64,000 nucleotides of DNA from an uncultured Bacteroidaceae bacterium (GCA_964406005.1 CAYOPZ010000014.1:282-64281), one strand, 5' to 3'; counted from the stretch's first letter, positions 40,001 through 48,437 are shown. Made by a program: numbers and translations. The notes: generated by a model not told the origin, from the letters alone.

Positions 40001-40226
40001 GATGAAGAAGGGGGACAAGATATATATGTTTTCAGACGGTTATCCTGACCAGTTCGGAGGCCCCTTGGGTAAAAAATTCAAAATGGTACGGCTGAAGAAT
40101 ATGCTGAGGGATATCCATGAAAAACCCATGGATGAGCAGTACAACTACATCAAGAACAATTTTGAGATATGGAAGGAAGATATGGAACAGGTGGATGACG
40201 TACTGTTTATGGGCATAGAGATCTGA
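37059..40226 (+). CDS. Periplasmic Reg_prop beta-propeller / Y_Y_Y sensor fused to a cytoplasmic PP2C (SpoIIE-type) phosphatase
   Basis: Repeated G[LI]....V..I..D..G..W[LIV][GA]T..GL motifs. Y_Y_Y region (VTYQYTLDGYDEWSEP...DGDYTFMLRA). TM WWFIGICVLIAVSAVYVIIKF (about 39297-39359). PP2C motifs RDIVSGDFYW, VCADSTGHGVPGAFMSMIG, MFSDGYPDQFGG, DDVLFMGIEI. Confidence 0.9.
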   Translation: MNCMKQSAAPLLSFSVLFLMFCMPGISQTYKFRQYGLNEGICHPFVYTVNQDVNGYIWLGTGNGLCKYDGKNFYGDFDADSLPAALVKKSFRDSRGNLWFGHDDGSITFYDGRRFRVIDAGRRITSTINDIAEDSEGRIVFATQNQGLIIVTEDFDVMHLEQAFDRMRISSIAFTGSGQMLMGGYDGLHVFSYDFSTDTVRYLAKVSGVPYTQITDIVYNEEADLYWLGSQGEGLFALKLHDGDAREAEVTRLGNGDLLAHTPVLDIFRDSQDYLWLSTGGEGLYKVSVNTGDLNISEFEHFNSQNGLGIDYIREAFEDLEGNMWVATYGNGLAALFDEAFTFYDYSDGGGKTIYSVLEDTGGYWMGGRGRLTRVITGLKDTEEVYGRSQGLPDDRITALYKDAQGTLWIGTGESGLYRMRDRRISRFFSSENSLENTINAIDAIGQTIWLATSNGVVTKDLGSGLTDRYGLGPNVPHNQINDLHIDSNGTVWIATKRSDGLYSVNTDQRLTISGNVAMDFVSITEDDYGNLWAATANNGVFRFLSDTLEYYSVNNGLKNASCYSILNDGQGNIWVGHRLGLSKIEADRGVIVTYGTETGINGDIQHNASSVTDDGQILFGTSDGLIRFDTGKERNNITPPITSITSVVISDTQYDFSEPIVLPYNVYKLRVDFIGLNYFAPDKVTYQYTLDGYDEWSEPTSIPYVQYSRIEDGDYTFMLRACNSEGVCTELPVEFSLRVKLPVWKTWWFIGICVLIAVSAVYVIIKFRERKARQFQEMLQRRLDERTHEVVMQKEEIEIKNKDITDSINYAQRIQASILPPISKLHEAFSGSFVFYQPRDIVSGDFYWYDRTENDKFVIVCADSTGHGVPGAFMSMIGTTLIKDITIRKEVDSPAALLAMLDQEIMAALNQNIEAERSNDGMDIIVSEIDLKTNKLKISSAMRPMIIYREGEQIYVRGSRSSVGGQYEKDQKVFETHEYEMKKGDKIYMFSDGYPDQFGGPLGKKFKMVRLKNMLRDIHEKPMDEQYNYIKNNFEIWKEDMEQVDDVLFMGIEI

Positions 40227-40231
40227 GCCGA

Positions 40232-40744
40232 TCACTTCAACCAGTCCGCAAATACAATTTCGCTGGTGGTATCCACATTGCTGCGGTGGAATGCCCTGTC
40301 CATAATGAAGAATGTATATTTCAGGGTGTCGTATTCAATGACGAGATACTGGATTTCCACCATGATTTCACCTTTCAGGGTCTTATTCTGCCCTTCCCTG
40401 TCCAGCGGGGGAAGCCTGTAATATGGCAGCGTTTCGAGCTTGGATGTATCGACTTCACGGTATTGTCCGTTCACTTTTTCATGAATGGTCAGGAACAGGT
40501 TGTACAGCAGACTGTCAGGTTGATTGATACTGTCCGCAGGAGCTTCGAACCCGATATCCCCGTCTCCGTCCTCAAATTCAAACCTGAGTTCCCCTGTCAG
40601 GATTTCGTTGTTCAGGACATCGGTTTTTCTGTCCAGTATGAAGCTTTTGAATTTGATCTTCGGTTCATCAGGCAGCACCTGTGGTACGGGACATGCCGTC
40701 ATGATGAGTGTAAGAATGGCTGCAATGCAAATTATCCTTTTCAA
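40232..40744 (-). CDS. Hypothetical lipoprotein (170 aa)
   Basis: TTG start. Lipobox LIMTAC. No family recognised. Its stop lies 5 nt from the sensor-phosphatase stop (convergent). Confidence 0.6.
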   Translation of the reverse strand: MKRIICIAAILTLIMTACPVPQVLPDEPKIKFKSFILDRKTDVLNNEILTGELRFEFEDGDGDIGFEAPADSINQPDSLLYNLFLTIHEKVNGQYREVDTSKLETLPYYRLPPLDREGQNKTLKGEIMVEIQYLVIEYDTLKYTFFIMDRAFHRSNVDTTSEIVFADWLK

Positions 40745-40764
40745 GACAGACTGGCTTTGGTATA

Positions 40765-40772
40765 CAAAATTA
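40765..40772 (-). promoter_or_regulatory. Candidate -7 box (TAATTTTG on minus strand) for the lipoprotein gene
   Basis: CAAAATTA on the plus strand, 20 nt upstream of the TTG start at 40744. Confidence 0.35.
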
Positions 40773-40791
40773 CAATGATTATCCGTTTTTA

Positions 40792-42096
40792 TTATTTTTT
40801 ACGGAAAAAGATCTGTATGGGTACGCCGGTCAGGTTGAAACGGGCCCTCATACGGTTTTCAAGATATCTTTTATAGCCTTCCCCGATATACTGCGGATGA
40901 TTGGCGTAGAATGCAAATGCAGGAGCATGCGTAGGAAGCTGGGCCACATATTTGATCCTTATGTATTTTCCCTTGTGCACCGGAGGCGGATGTTCTTCAA
41001 TCACCTCAAGCATATACCTGTTCAGGGAAGAAGTGCGGATTTTCTGCTTCCGGTTCCGGTATACATCCATCGCAGTTTCAAGTACTTTAAGAACACGCTG
41101 TTTATGCAGGGCCGAAATAAACATTACAGGAAGATCCTGGAAGGGCGCTGTCCTGTCTTTGATTTCCATGGTATATTTCCTGGCAGCCTGATGATCTTTT
41201 TCGACCAGATCCCATTTGTTCACAAGCAATACCACTCCCTTGCGGTTCCGGATGATCAGTTTAAGGATGTTCAGATCCTGTCCCTCCATGCCCCGGGTCG
41301 CATCAATCATCAGCAGGCAGACATCGGATGATTCAATGCTTCGTATGGAGCGCAGAACAGCATAGAATTCCAGATTTTCAGATACCTTCCCCTTCTTCCT
41401 CAGACCGGCGGTGTCCAAAAGGTAGAAATCATGGTTGAACCTTGAAATACGGGTGAGTATGGAATCACGTGTTGTACCGGGAACGGGGGTCACGATATTC
41501 CGCTGTTCGCCGATCAGTGTATTGGCCAGGGTTGATTTTCCGACGTTGGGCCTGCCGACAATAGCAAATTTCGGCAGATCCTGTTCCGGACCGGTGTCCT
41601 GTCCTTTGAAATGCAGGACCAGCTCGTCCAGAAGATCTCCCGTACCGTTTCCGTTGATGGAAGAGACCGGCCAGACATTGCCCAGTCCGAGCTTGTAAAA
41701 TTCACTGGCATCATACCGGCGGTCGTTATTATCCACCTTGTTTACCGTCAGCAGGGCAGGTTTGTCAATTTTGCGCAACATCCCGGCAATAGCCTCATCC
41801 AGGTCGGTGATCCCGCTTTGGACATCCACTACGAAAAGAATGACGTTGGCTTCATCAATGGCCAGGTTCACCTGTTTGCGGATCTCTTCTTCAAAAACGT
41901 CTTCCGAGCGGGTTACATAACCCCCTGTATCTATGACCGAAAACTCTTTTCCATTCCATTCCGACCGGCCGTAGTGCCTGTCCCTTGTCACACCGCTCTG
42001 TTCATCCACGATGGCCTCCCTGCTTTCGGTCAACCGGTTGAAAAGAGTGGATTTCCCCACATTCGGCCTGCCCACTATTGCGACAATATTTCCCAT
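40792..42096 (-). CDS. der: Ribosome-biogenesis GTPase Der (EngA)
   Basis: Two G domains (GRPNVGKST twice, DTGG/DTAG, NKVD/NKWD) plus a KH-like C-terminus. Confidence 0.96.
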   Translation of the reverse strand: MGNIVAIVGRPNVGKSTLFNRLTESREAIVDEQSGVTRDRHYGRSEWNGKEFSVIDTGGYVTRSEDVFEEEIRKQVNLAIDEANVILFVVDVQSGITDLDEAIAGMLRKIDKPALLTVNKVDNNDRRYDASEFYKLGLGNVWPVSSINGNGTGDLLDELVLHFKGQDTGPEQDLPKFAIVGRPNVGKSTLANTLIGEQRNIVTPVPGTTRDSILTRISRFNHDFYLLDTAGLRKKGKVSENLEFYAVLRSIRSIESSDVCLLMIDATRGMEGQDLNILKLIIRNRKGVVLLVNKWDLVEKDHQAARKYTMEIKDRTAPFQDLPVMFISALHKQRVLKVLETAMDVYRNRKQKIRTSSLNRYMLEVIEEHPPPVHKGKYIRIKYVAQLPTHAPAFAFYANHPQYIGEGYKRYLENRMRARFNLTGVPIQIFFRKK

Positions 42097-42109
42097 TCCC
42101 TGGTATGTA

Positions 42110-42994
42110 TTAGCCGTTGTTATATCCGAACTGTTTCAGTATCCGCTCGTCATTGCGCCATTCCTTCTTCACTTTTACAAGGGTCTCCAGGAACACCTTT
42201 TTCCCGAAAAAATCTTCCATATCTTCCCGGGCCTGTATTCCGACCTTTTTAAGGGCTTTCCCCCTGTGGCCTATCAGAATGCCCTTCTGTGATTCGCGTT
42301 CGACATAAATAATGCTCCCTATGCTTATCATATCCTCCGTTTCCCTGAAGCGGTCCACTTCCACCTGTACCGCATAGGGTATTTCCTTCCTGTAGTTCCG
42401 GAGGATCCTTCCCCGTATGATCTCCGAGACAAAGAACCGTTCGTTTTTATCCGTCAATTCATCTTTGGGATAATAGGGCGGTGATTCGGGCAGGTTTTCC
42501 AGGATCAGAGAAAATACTTTTTCCAGGTTGAATCTTTCCGTTGCAGAAACGGGTATCAGGGACGCCCGCGGCAGAATGCCCGCCCACTCGGAGATCAGGG
42601 ACTTTACCTGTTTTTCACTGCCAAGGTCAATTTTGTTGATCAGAACACAGACAGGCACCCGGGAGCCTTTCAATCGTTCGACAAAATTCCTGTTCTTCAA
42701 CGGTGACTCGTGCACATCCGTTACATATAATATGATATCCGCATCTTCCAGGGCCGAACGGGATGATTTTAACATAAGTTCCTGGAGCCTGTAAGCAGGC
42801 TTAATGATTCCGGGAGTATCGGAATATACGATCTGGAAGTCCTCCCCGTTCGCTATCCCGAGAATCCTGTTCCTGGTTGTTTGCGCCCTGGGGGTGATCA
42901 GGGAAAGGTTCTCGCCGGTCATGGCATTCATAAGGGTGGATTTCCCTACGTTGGGGTTCCCGATGATATTTACGAATCCTGCCTTATGTGACAT
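42110..42994 (-). CDS. era: GTPase Era
   Basis: GNPNVGKST, DTPG, NKID, C-terminal KH domain (IYVERESQKGILIGHRGKALKKVG). Confidence 0.96.
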   Translation of the reverse strand: MSHKAGFVNIIGNPNVGKSTLMNAMTGENLSLITPRAQTTRNRILGIANGEDFQIVYSDTPGIIKPAYRLQELMLKSSRSALEDADIILYVTDVHESPLKNRNFVERLKGSRVPVCVLINKIDLGSEKQVKSLISEWAGILPRASLIPVSATERFNLEKVFSLILENLPESPPYYPKDELTDKNERFFVSEIIRGRILRNYRKEIPYAVQVEVDRFRETEDMISIGSIIYVERESQKGILIGHRGKALKKVGIQAREDMEDFFGKKVFLETLVKVKKEWRNDERILKQFGYNNG

Positions 42995-43006
42995 AAGGAT
43001 AAAATA

Positions 43007-43762
43007 CTATTTGGGCAGGGACATTTTTAAGTATGACACTTCTTTTTTTGTCAGGAATCTCCAGTTCCCCCTGCCCAGGCCTTTTTTTGTCAATCCTGCA
43101 AAACTTACCCTGTCAAGTTTCACGATATCGTAACCGAGTTTTTCAAAAATCCTTCTGACGATCCTGTTCCTGCCGGAGTGTATCTCCATGCCTATCTGTT
43201 TCCGGTCGGTTTTATCCACATAATGGATGTCATCGGGACGGATAAATCCGTCCTCGAGTTCAAATCCCGCGGAGATCTTTTCCATATCGGAAATCGTCAG
43301 ATTCCTGTCAAGGCATATATGATAGATCTTTTTCTGATTGTATGACGGATGGGTCAGCCGTCCGGTCAGCTCTCCGTCATTGGTCAGGAGCAACACACCG
43401 GTTGTATTGCGGTCGAGCCTTCCCACAGGGTAGATACGTTCACTGCATGATCCCGTAACCAGGTCAAGCACGGTTTTCCTGCCGCGGGGATCCCTTACAG
43501 TGGTCACACAATCCCTGGGTTTATTCAGCAATACATAGACCCTGCGTTCCCCGTACAGCTTTTTCCCCCTGCAGGTGACCTCATCTCCCGGTCTGACCCG
43601 GATGCCCGGGTCGGACACCCTTTCCCCGTTGACCTTGATATCCCCGTTAAAGATAAGCTTATCGGCTTCCCTGCGGGAACAAACTCCCGAATGGGCAATG
43701 TACTTGTTCAGGCGAATTTCCTGTGCATCCCTTGTATGGCTTTCAGTTTTTTTCATAGCCAT
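43007..43762 (-). CDS. RsuA/RluB-family 23S/16S rRNA pseudouridine synthase
   Basis: S4 domain (IRLNKYIAHSGVCSRREADKLI) and catalytic PVGRLDRNTTGVLLLTNDGEL. Start taken at MAMKK (43762; the alternative is 43756), not at the upstream ORF-track start 43825. Confidence 0.88.
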   Translation of the reverse strand: MAMKKTESHTRDAQEIRLNKYIAHSGVCSRREADKLIFNGDIKVNGERVSDPGIRVRPGDEVTCRGKKLYGERRVYVLLNKPRDCVTTVRDPRGRKTVLDLVTGSCSERIYPVGRLDRNTTGVLLLTNDGELTGRLTHPSYNQKKIYHICLDRNLTISDMEKISAGFELEDGFIRPDDIHYVDKTDRKQIGMEIHSGRNRIVRRIFEKLGYDIVKLDRVSFAGLTKKGLGRGNWRFLTKKEVSYLKMSLPK

Positions 43763-43764
43763 CA

Positions 43765-43772
43765 CAAATGTA
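43765..43772 (-). promoter_or_regulatory. Candidate -7 box (TACATTTG on minus strand) for the pseudouridine synthase-era-der operon
   Basis: CAAATGTA on the plus strand, 2 nt from ATG 43762 and 8 nt from ATG 43756. Implies a very short or absent leader. Confidence 0.3.
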
Positions 43773-43870
43773 CGAATTTTAGCCTCCCTTATGATGAGGA
43801 TCCGTTTGCATGGAAGCGCCCGCACGTTTCATTGCCCGAATCAAGATTACCAATGTTTGACTCTTGTCCG

Positions 43871-43878
43871 TATCTTTG
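43871..43878 (+). promoter_or_regulatory. Candidate -7 box (TATCTTTG) for glmM
   Basis: Exact TAnnTTTG, 34 nt upstream of ATG 43913. Confidence 0.35.
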
Positions 43879-43912
43879 CCATATTTGCGTTAATGATAAC
43901 AAAACCGGCATC

Positions 43913-45295
43913 ATGACACTGATCAAATCCATTTCCGGCATAAGGGGTACCATAGGGGGGGAACCCGGATCCGGCCTGACTCCTGCCGATATAGTGAAAT
44001 ATACCTCCGCTTATGCCATGTTTCTGAGAGAACAGAGGGGAGACGGACATCTTAAGATCGTGCTCGGAAGGGATGCCAGGATTTCAGGCCGGATGGTGGA
44101 ACAGATCGTATGCGGCACGCTTGCCGGAATGGGTGTGGATATCATAAACCTGGGGCTTGCGGCCACACCCACCGTTGAAATCGCCGTAGGGGAAGAAAAG
44201 GCGGATGGAGGGATCATCCTTACTGCAAGTCACAACCCCGGTGACTGGAATGCATTGAAACTGCTGGATGCCGATGGTGAATTCATCTCCGGGGAAGCCG
44301 GCAGGCGTATCCTTGAGATTGCAGGATCCGGGCCGATCAGGTATGTTTCTGCGGAGAATACCGGCAGAATGGATAACCATGAGGGCTATAACAGGATACA
44401 TATAGATAAGATACTTGCCCTCGACCTCGTCAAAAAGGCATCCATTGAAGAAGCCGGCTTCAGGGTGGCGGTGGATTGCGTGAATTCCGTCGGCGGACTC
44501 GTCCTTCCCGAACTATTAAGATCATTGGGTGTGAAGGAGGTCATTGAATTAAATTGCGAACCCACCGGGATCTTCCCCCATGACCCGGAGCCTCTGCCCG
44601 AAAACCTTAAAGATCTCGCCGGAACTGTCAGGAAACACAAGGCAGACATCGGATTTGCCGTCGACCCGGATGTTGACCGGCTGGCTATTATTGATGAAAA
44701 CGGAAACATGTTCGGCGAAGAATATACCCTGGTAGCGGTGGCGGATTTTGTGCTCTCCAACAAACCTGGCAATACCGTATCGAACCTGTCGTCCTCAAGT
44801 GCCCTGAAAGATGTGACCGAGAAATACGGATGCAGTTATTATGCGTCTGCTGTCGGCGAGGTCAATGTGGTAGCCGCCATGAAGGAAAACAGGGCTGTAA
44901 TAGGAGGAGAAGGCAACGGAGGAGTCATCTATCCGCCCCTGCACTATGGGAGGGACGCACTGACGGGTGTAGCGCTTTTCCTGAGTTATCAGGCCGACAG
45001 AAAACAAAAAACCAGCCAGTTGCGGAAAGCATTGCCCGAATACCATATTGTGAAGAACAAGATTTCCCTGGATGATGATACGGATATGGAATCCCTTCTG
45101 GACAGGGTCAGGGAAAACTACAAATCGTATCCCATTCATGCAGGCGATGGATTGAAGATAGAAACGGACGAGGGCTGGATACATATCAGGAAGTCCAATA
45201 CGGAAGCCGTCATCAGGATATATACCGAAAGCAGTACGCAGCAGAAGGCGCGCAAACTGGCGGATGAGATTTCTGCGTTGATCAGGCTTTTTTAA
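43913..45295 (+). CDS. glmM: Phosphoglucosamine mutase / phosphohexomutase
   Basis: MTLIKSISGIRGTIGG start. Active-site TASHNPGDWNALK. Metal loop FAVDPDVDR. The ORF-track start 43691 adds 74 non-homologous residues that overlap the divergent gene. Confidence 0.92.
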   Translation: MTLIKSISGIRGTIGGEPGSGLTPADIVKYTSAYAMFLREQRGDGHLKIVLGRDARISGRMVEQIVCGTLAGMGVDIINLGLAATPTVEIAVGEEKADGGIILTASHNPGDWNALKLLDADGEFISGEAGRRILEIAGSGPIRYVSAENTGRMDNHEGYNRIHIDKILALDLVKKASIEEAGFRVAVDCVNSVGGLVLPELLRSLGVKEVIELNCEPTGIFPHDPEPLPENLKDLAGTVRKHKADIGFAVDPDVDRLAIIDENGNMFGEEYTLVAVADFVLSNKPGNTVSNLSSSSALKDVTEKYGCSYYASAVGEVNVVAAMKENRAVIGGEGNGGVIYPPLHYGRDALTGVALFLSYQADRKQKTSQLRKALPEYHIVKNKISLDDDTDMESLLDRVRENYKSYPIHAGDGLKIETDEGWIHIRKSNTEAVIRIYTESSTQQKARKLADEISALIRLF

Positions 45296-45368
45296 CACTA
45301 TTTTAGGAAGGGGAGAGGGATATATTGGGTTACTTTGTTTTTTTTGTCTCCCTCTTTAAACCATTTTG

Positions 45369-45394
45369 CAGTCCCATAGTCTAATTTGGGACTG
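45369..45394. other. Perfect 8-bp inverted repeat hairpin (CAGTCCCA-N10-TGGGACTG)
   Basis: Seen directly, 74 nt after the glmM stop and 52 nt before the adaptor gene. No T-run on either side. Confidence 0.3.
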
Positions 45395-45445
45395 AAAAGC
45401 AATATAATTGAGGAATACACAAAATTAAGTAATTTTTAAAGAACC

Positions 45446-47029
45446 ATGAAAAGACGAACTCTTGTTACGACCATCATTATTTCAATTGTGGTCGTCGCCA
45501 TCCTGATATATTCACTCGCATCTGCCGATGAATCGTCCAAGCCCCTCGAAGGGGAAGTAAGTTTCGGGAAATTTGAGGTCGTAGTGAGCGTAACCGGAGA
45601 ACTGGAAGCGTTGAGATCTACCGATATTAAGGCACCTGAGGCGCTGGGGAGCCGTGAACTGCGTTTCCGGGAGCTCACCATTTCAGACCTGATTCCTGAG
45701 GGAACCATTGTCAATGAGGGGGATTACGTGGCAACCCTTGACCGTTCGGAAGCTGACAATGAGTATAAGGATTTGCTCGATCAGCTGGAGGTAGCGGAAT
45801 CACAATACAATTCTTTGATGCTTGATACAACCCTGCAACTCCGGGATTTGCGTGAAGAACTGGTCAACCTGAAGTTCAATCTGGAGGAAGCTCAGATCAC
45901 CCTCGAGCAGAGCCAGTTTGAACCTCCCGCAACCATACGGCAGGCCCAGATCAACCTTGACAAGGCCCAGCGCGCCTATGATCAGGCACAGGAGAATTAT
46001 GATATCAAGGTTGAACAGATTAAGGCAGATATACTCGAAGCAAGGCTGGATCTGACCAGGACCCGCCGCAGGGCCAATGAGATGCAAAGCGTACTCGAAA
46101 AATTTGTCATTACTGCCCCTGCTTCGGGAATGGTCATTTACGCACGCGACTGGAACGGGCAGAAAAGGGTTGTCGGCTCCAGTATTAACACCCGCGACCT
46201 CACCGTGGCCACCCTGCCGGATATGTCCGAGATGCTTTCCAAGACCTATGTGAATGAAATCGATATAAGCAAGGTCGAGAGCGGACAGCAGGTACGCATC
46301 GGTGTGGATGCCTTTCCCGAGAAGAAGTTCACCGGTGTGGTGACCAGTGTGGCCAATGTGGGGGAACAGCTTCCCAATACGGATGCCAAGGTTTTCGAAG
46401 TGGTGATCCAGCTCAATGAATCGGATCCCATTCTCAGGCCTGCCATGACAACCAGTAATTTCATCGTCACCAAGACTTTTGACAATGTTATGTATGTTCC
46501 CCTCGAAGCGGTTCATTCGACCGACAGCATGACCTTTGTGTATACGAAGAACAATACCAAACAGATTGTCGTTGTGGATGAGGCCAACGACAACGAGATC
46601 ATCATAGAGGACGGGCTGAATGCAGGGGATATCGTTCTTCTGTCGGTCCCGGAAAATGCTGAAGACATGAAAATTACCGGAGTGGAACTGATGGCGCGAA
46701 TAAAGGAAAAAGAAGCCGAAGAGAAAAGGCAGGAAGAGCAGGCACAGAGGGAGTTGGAGGAGCAGTACAACGGAACTTTTGGGCCGAGGACCGGGGCGAT
46801 GCCCCAGGGCGCTGAAGGTTTTCAGAATCTCAGCGATGAACAGAGGCAGGAAATGATGGAAAATTTCCGGCAGAATATGCCTGAAGGATTTCAGAATCTC
46901 AGTGATGAACAGAGGCAGGAACTTATGAGAAACCGGCCTGCCGGTAGCGGACAGGGCCAGTTCGGAGGAAGGCCTGGCGGCACAACACAGGATCAGGAAG
47001 AAGGAGACACACCTCCCACAGACAATTAG
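45446..47029 (+). CDS. HlyD/MacA-type periplasmic adaptor (membrane fusion protein) with ~110-aa low-complexity C-terminal tail
   Basis: N-terminal TM, long coiled-coil hairpin, beta-barrel/MPD region (VRIGVDAFPEKKFTGVVTSVANVGE). Tail carries two EGFQNLSDEQRQE[ML] units. Confidence 0.88.
   Translation: MKRRTLVTTIIISIVVVAILIYSLASADESSKPLEGEVSFGKFEVVVSVTGELEALRSTDIKAPEALGSRELRFRELTISDLIPEGTIVNEGDYVATLDRSEADNEYKDLLDQLEVAESQYNSLMLDTTLQLRDLREELVNLKFNLEEAQITLEQSQFEPPATIRQAQINLDKAQRAYDQAQENYDIKVEQIKADILEARLDLTRTRRRANEMQSVLEKFVITAPASGMVIYARDWNGQKRVVGSSINTRDLTVATLPDMSEMLSKTYVNEIDISKVESGQQVRIGVDAFPEKKFTGVVTSVANVGEQLPNTDAKVFEVVIQLNESDPILRPAMTTSNFIVTKTFDNVMYVPLEAVHSTDSMTFVYTKNNTKQIVVVDEANDNEIIIEDGLNAGDIVLLSVPENAEDMKITGVELMARIKEKEAEEKRQEEQAQRELEEQYNGTFGPRTGAMPQGAEGFQNLSDEQRQEMMENFRQNMPEGFQNLSDEQRQELMRNRPAGSGQGQFGGRPGGTTQDQEEGDTPPTDN
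46814..46924 (+). repeat. Direct 42-nt repeat (two copies, period 69 nt) encoding EGFQNLSDEQRQE[ML]
   Basis: 46814-46855 and 46883-46924 differ at only a few positions when aligned by eye. Confidence 0.8.
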
Positions 47030-47057
47030 ATAAAGTAAGGACAAAAACAAAAAGGAT

Positions 47058-48437
47058 ATGAGGCGGTATTTTCACGATATTGTCATTGCCATGGAATCCA
47101 TCCTGGCCAACAAACTCAAATCAGTCCTGACGGGTCTCGGGATCATTTTCGGTGTGGGCGCGGTCATCAGCATGCTGGCCATCGGAAGGGGAGCCCAGCA
47201 GGAAATCCTCGACCAGATGAAAGTGGTGGGCGTGAACAACATTGTGATCTCGCCGATCGTCACACCTGCAGGAGAGGAGGATGAAGATGACAGTGAAAAC
47301 AAGGAAAAATCGAAATTTTCACCCGGTCTGACTCTTCTGGATGCCGAATCCATCCAGGAAACGATGCCTACGGTGAAACGGATAAGCCCGGAAATTGCCC
47401 TCACAAGCTTCGCGGTCCAGAGCGGGAAAAGGGAGCAGGCCAAATTGATAGGCGTTTCTAAGGAGTATTTCGATATTTATAATCTGAGTCTGAGCGATGG
47501 CGTTTTTTTTAACAGATTTCAGGAAGACAATGGAGTTCCGGTTTGTGTAATCGGCGCAAATCTGGCAAACATGTTTTTTTCCAAGCAGCGCCCCGTCGGA
47601 CAGTACATCAAATTTGACAATATATGGCTGAAGGTCATTGGTGTGCTGGAACGGACGGATGTCAGCGTGACTGCGTACGAACAGGCCGGCGTGAACGTTT
47701 ACAACGACAATATTTATATTCCCACCAAGACCATGTTGCTTCGTTTCCTGAACAGGGCTCTTGTAAACACGATGAGCGGTCAGACCGCTATAACCGCATT
47801 CAGTGAGGGAATGGGACGCTTTGGAGGCATGATGTTCATGAGGGCGGGTTTCAGTTCCAGTCCCAGCCAGAATACGAGTTCGAATTATCACCAGCTTGAC
47901 AAGATCGTTGTTCAGGTGAATGAATCGTCTGAATTGGAGCCTTCAACCGAGTTTTTAAGCAGGATGATGTTCCGGAGGCACGAAGAGGTCAAGGATTATG
48001 AAATAACGGTTCCTGAACTGCTTCTGAAGCAGGAACAGAGAACCAAGGACATTTTCAATATAGTCCTGGGGGCCATCGCAAGCATTTCGCTTCTTGTGGG
48101 GGGGATCGGCATCATGAATATCATGTTCGCCTCGGTCATGGAAAGGATCAAGGAAATCGGGACGCGGCTGGCCATCGGCGCCAAGAAACTGGATATCGTG
48201 GTACAGTTCCTTTCCGAGGCCATCCTGATCAGTGTAACAGGAGGCCTGATCGGTGTACTCCTCGGTATTGTTCTATCCAAGCTCATTACAAAATTCACAG
48301 ATATAGTAACCATCGTGTCGCCTTTTTCGGTCATTATCGCGTTTATGGTATCCGCATCGGTAGGTGTTATATTCGGTTATTCACCTGCAAAGCGTGCTTC
48401 TGAAAAGGATCCGATCGAATCCCTGAGACATGAATAA
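47058..48437 (+). CDS. MacB-type ABC permease (FtsX family with periplasmic MacB_PCD-like domain), no fused ATPase
   Basis: Begins directly with a TM (KSVLTGLGIIFGVGAVISMLAIG), has a ~270-aa periplasmic domain, and ends in an FtsX block (IGTRLAIGAKKLDIVVQFL). Confidence 0.88.
   Translation: MRRYFHDIVIAMESILANKLKSVLTGLGIIFGVGAVISMLAIGRGAQQEILDQMKVVGVNNIVISPIVTPAGEEDEDDSENKEKSKFSPGLTLLDAESIQETMPTVKRISPEIALTSFAVQSGKREQAKLIGVSKEYFDIYNLSLSDGVFFNRFQEDNGVPVCVIGANLANMFFSKQRPVGQYIKFDNIWLKVIGVLERTDVSVTAYEQAGVNVYNDNIYIPTKTMLLRFLNRALVNTMSGQTAITAFSEGMGRFGGMMFMRAGFSSSPSQNTSSNYHQLDKIVVQVNESSELEPSTEFLSRMMFRRHEEVKDYEITVPELLLKQEQRTKDIFNIVLGAIASISLLVGGIGIMNIMFASVMERIKEIGTRLAIGAKKLDIVVQFLSEAILISVTGGLIGVLLGIVLSKLITKFTDIVTIVSPFSVIIAFMVSASVGVIFGYSPAKRASEKDPIESLRHE

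Noticed and set aside
43691-43912. N-terminal 74-codon extension of the glmM ORF in the ORF track. Similar upstream extensions occur at 15420-15467, 43763-43825, 49903-49977, 57806-57835, 48447-48473 and 56542-56559.
   Set aside because: The extensions overlap neighbouring genes or promoter boxes, lack homology-like sequence, and are followed by in-frame starts that give canonical N-termini or signal peptides.
45314-45355. AGAGGGA ... TCCCTCT pairing around a T8 tract after glmM, as an intrinsic terminator.
   Set aside because: A 7-bp stem with a 28-nt loop, and the T-run lies inside the loop rather than after the stem. It does not fit terminator geometry.
45800-47050. A 416-aa ORF antisense to the adaptor gene. 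Similar long antisense ORFs occur at 24377-25462 (361 aa), 17155-18012 (285 aa), 29352-30140 (262 aa) and 38925-39662 (245 aa).
   Set aside because: Each lies entirely within a sense gene that has strong family motifs. Their translations are low-complexity (Arg/Pro/Gly/Leu-rich) with no recognisable motifs. Sense codons rich in GAA, GAG, CAG and CTG give stop-free antisense frames by composition alone. There is no independent start or promoter evidence.
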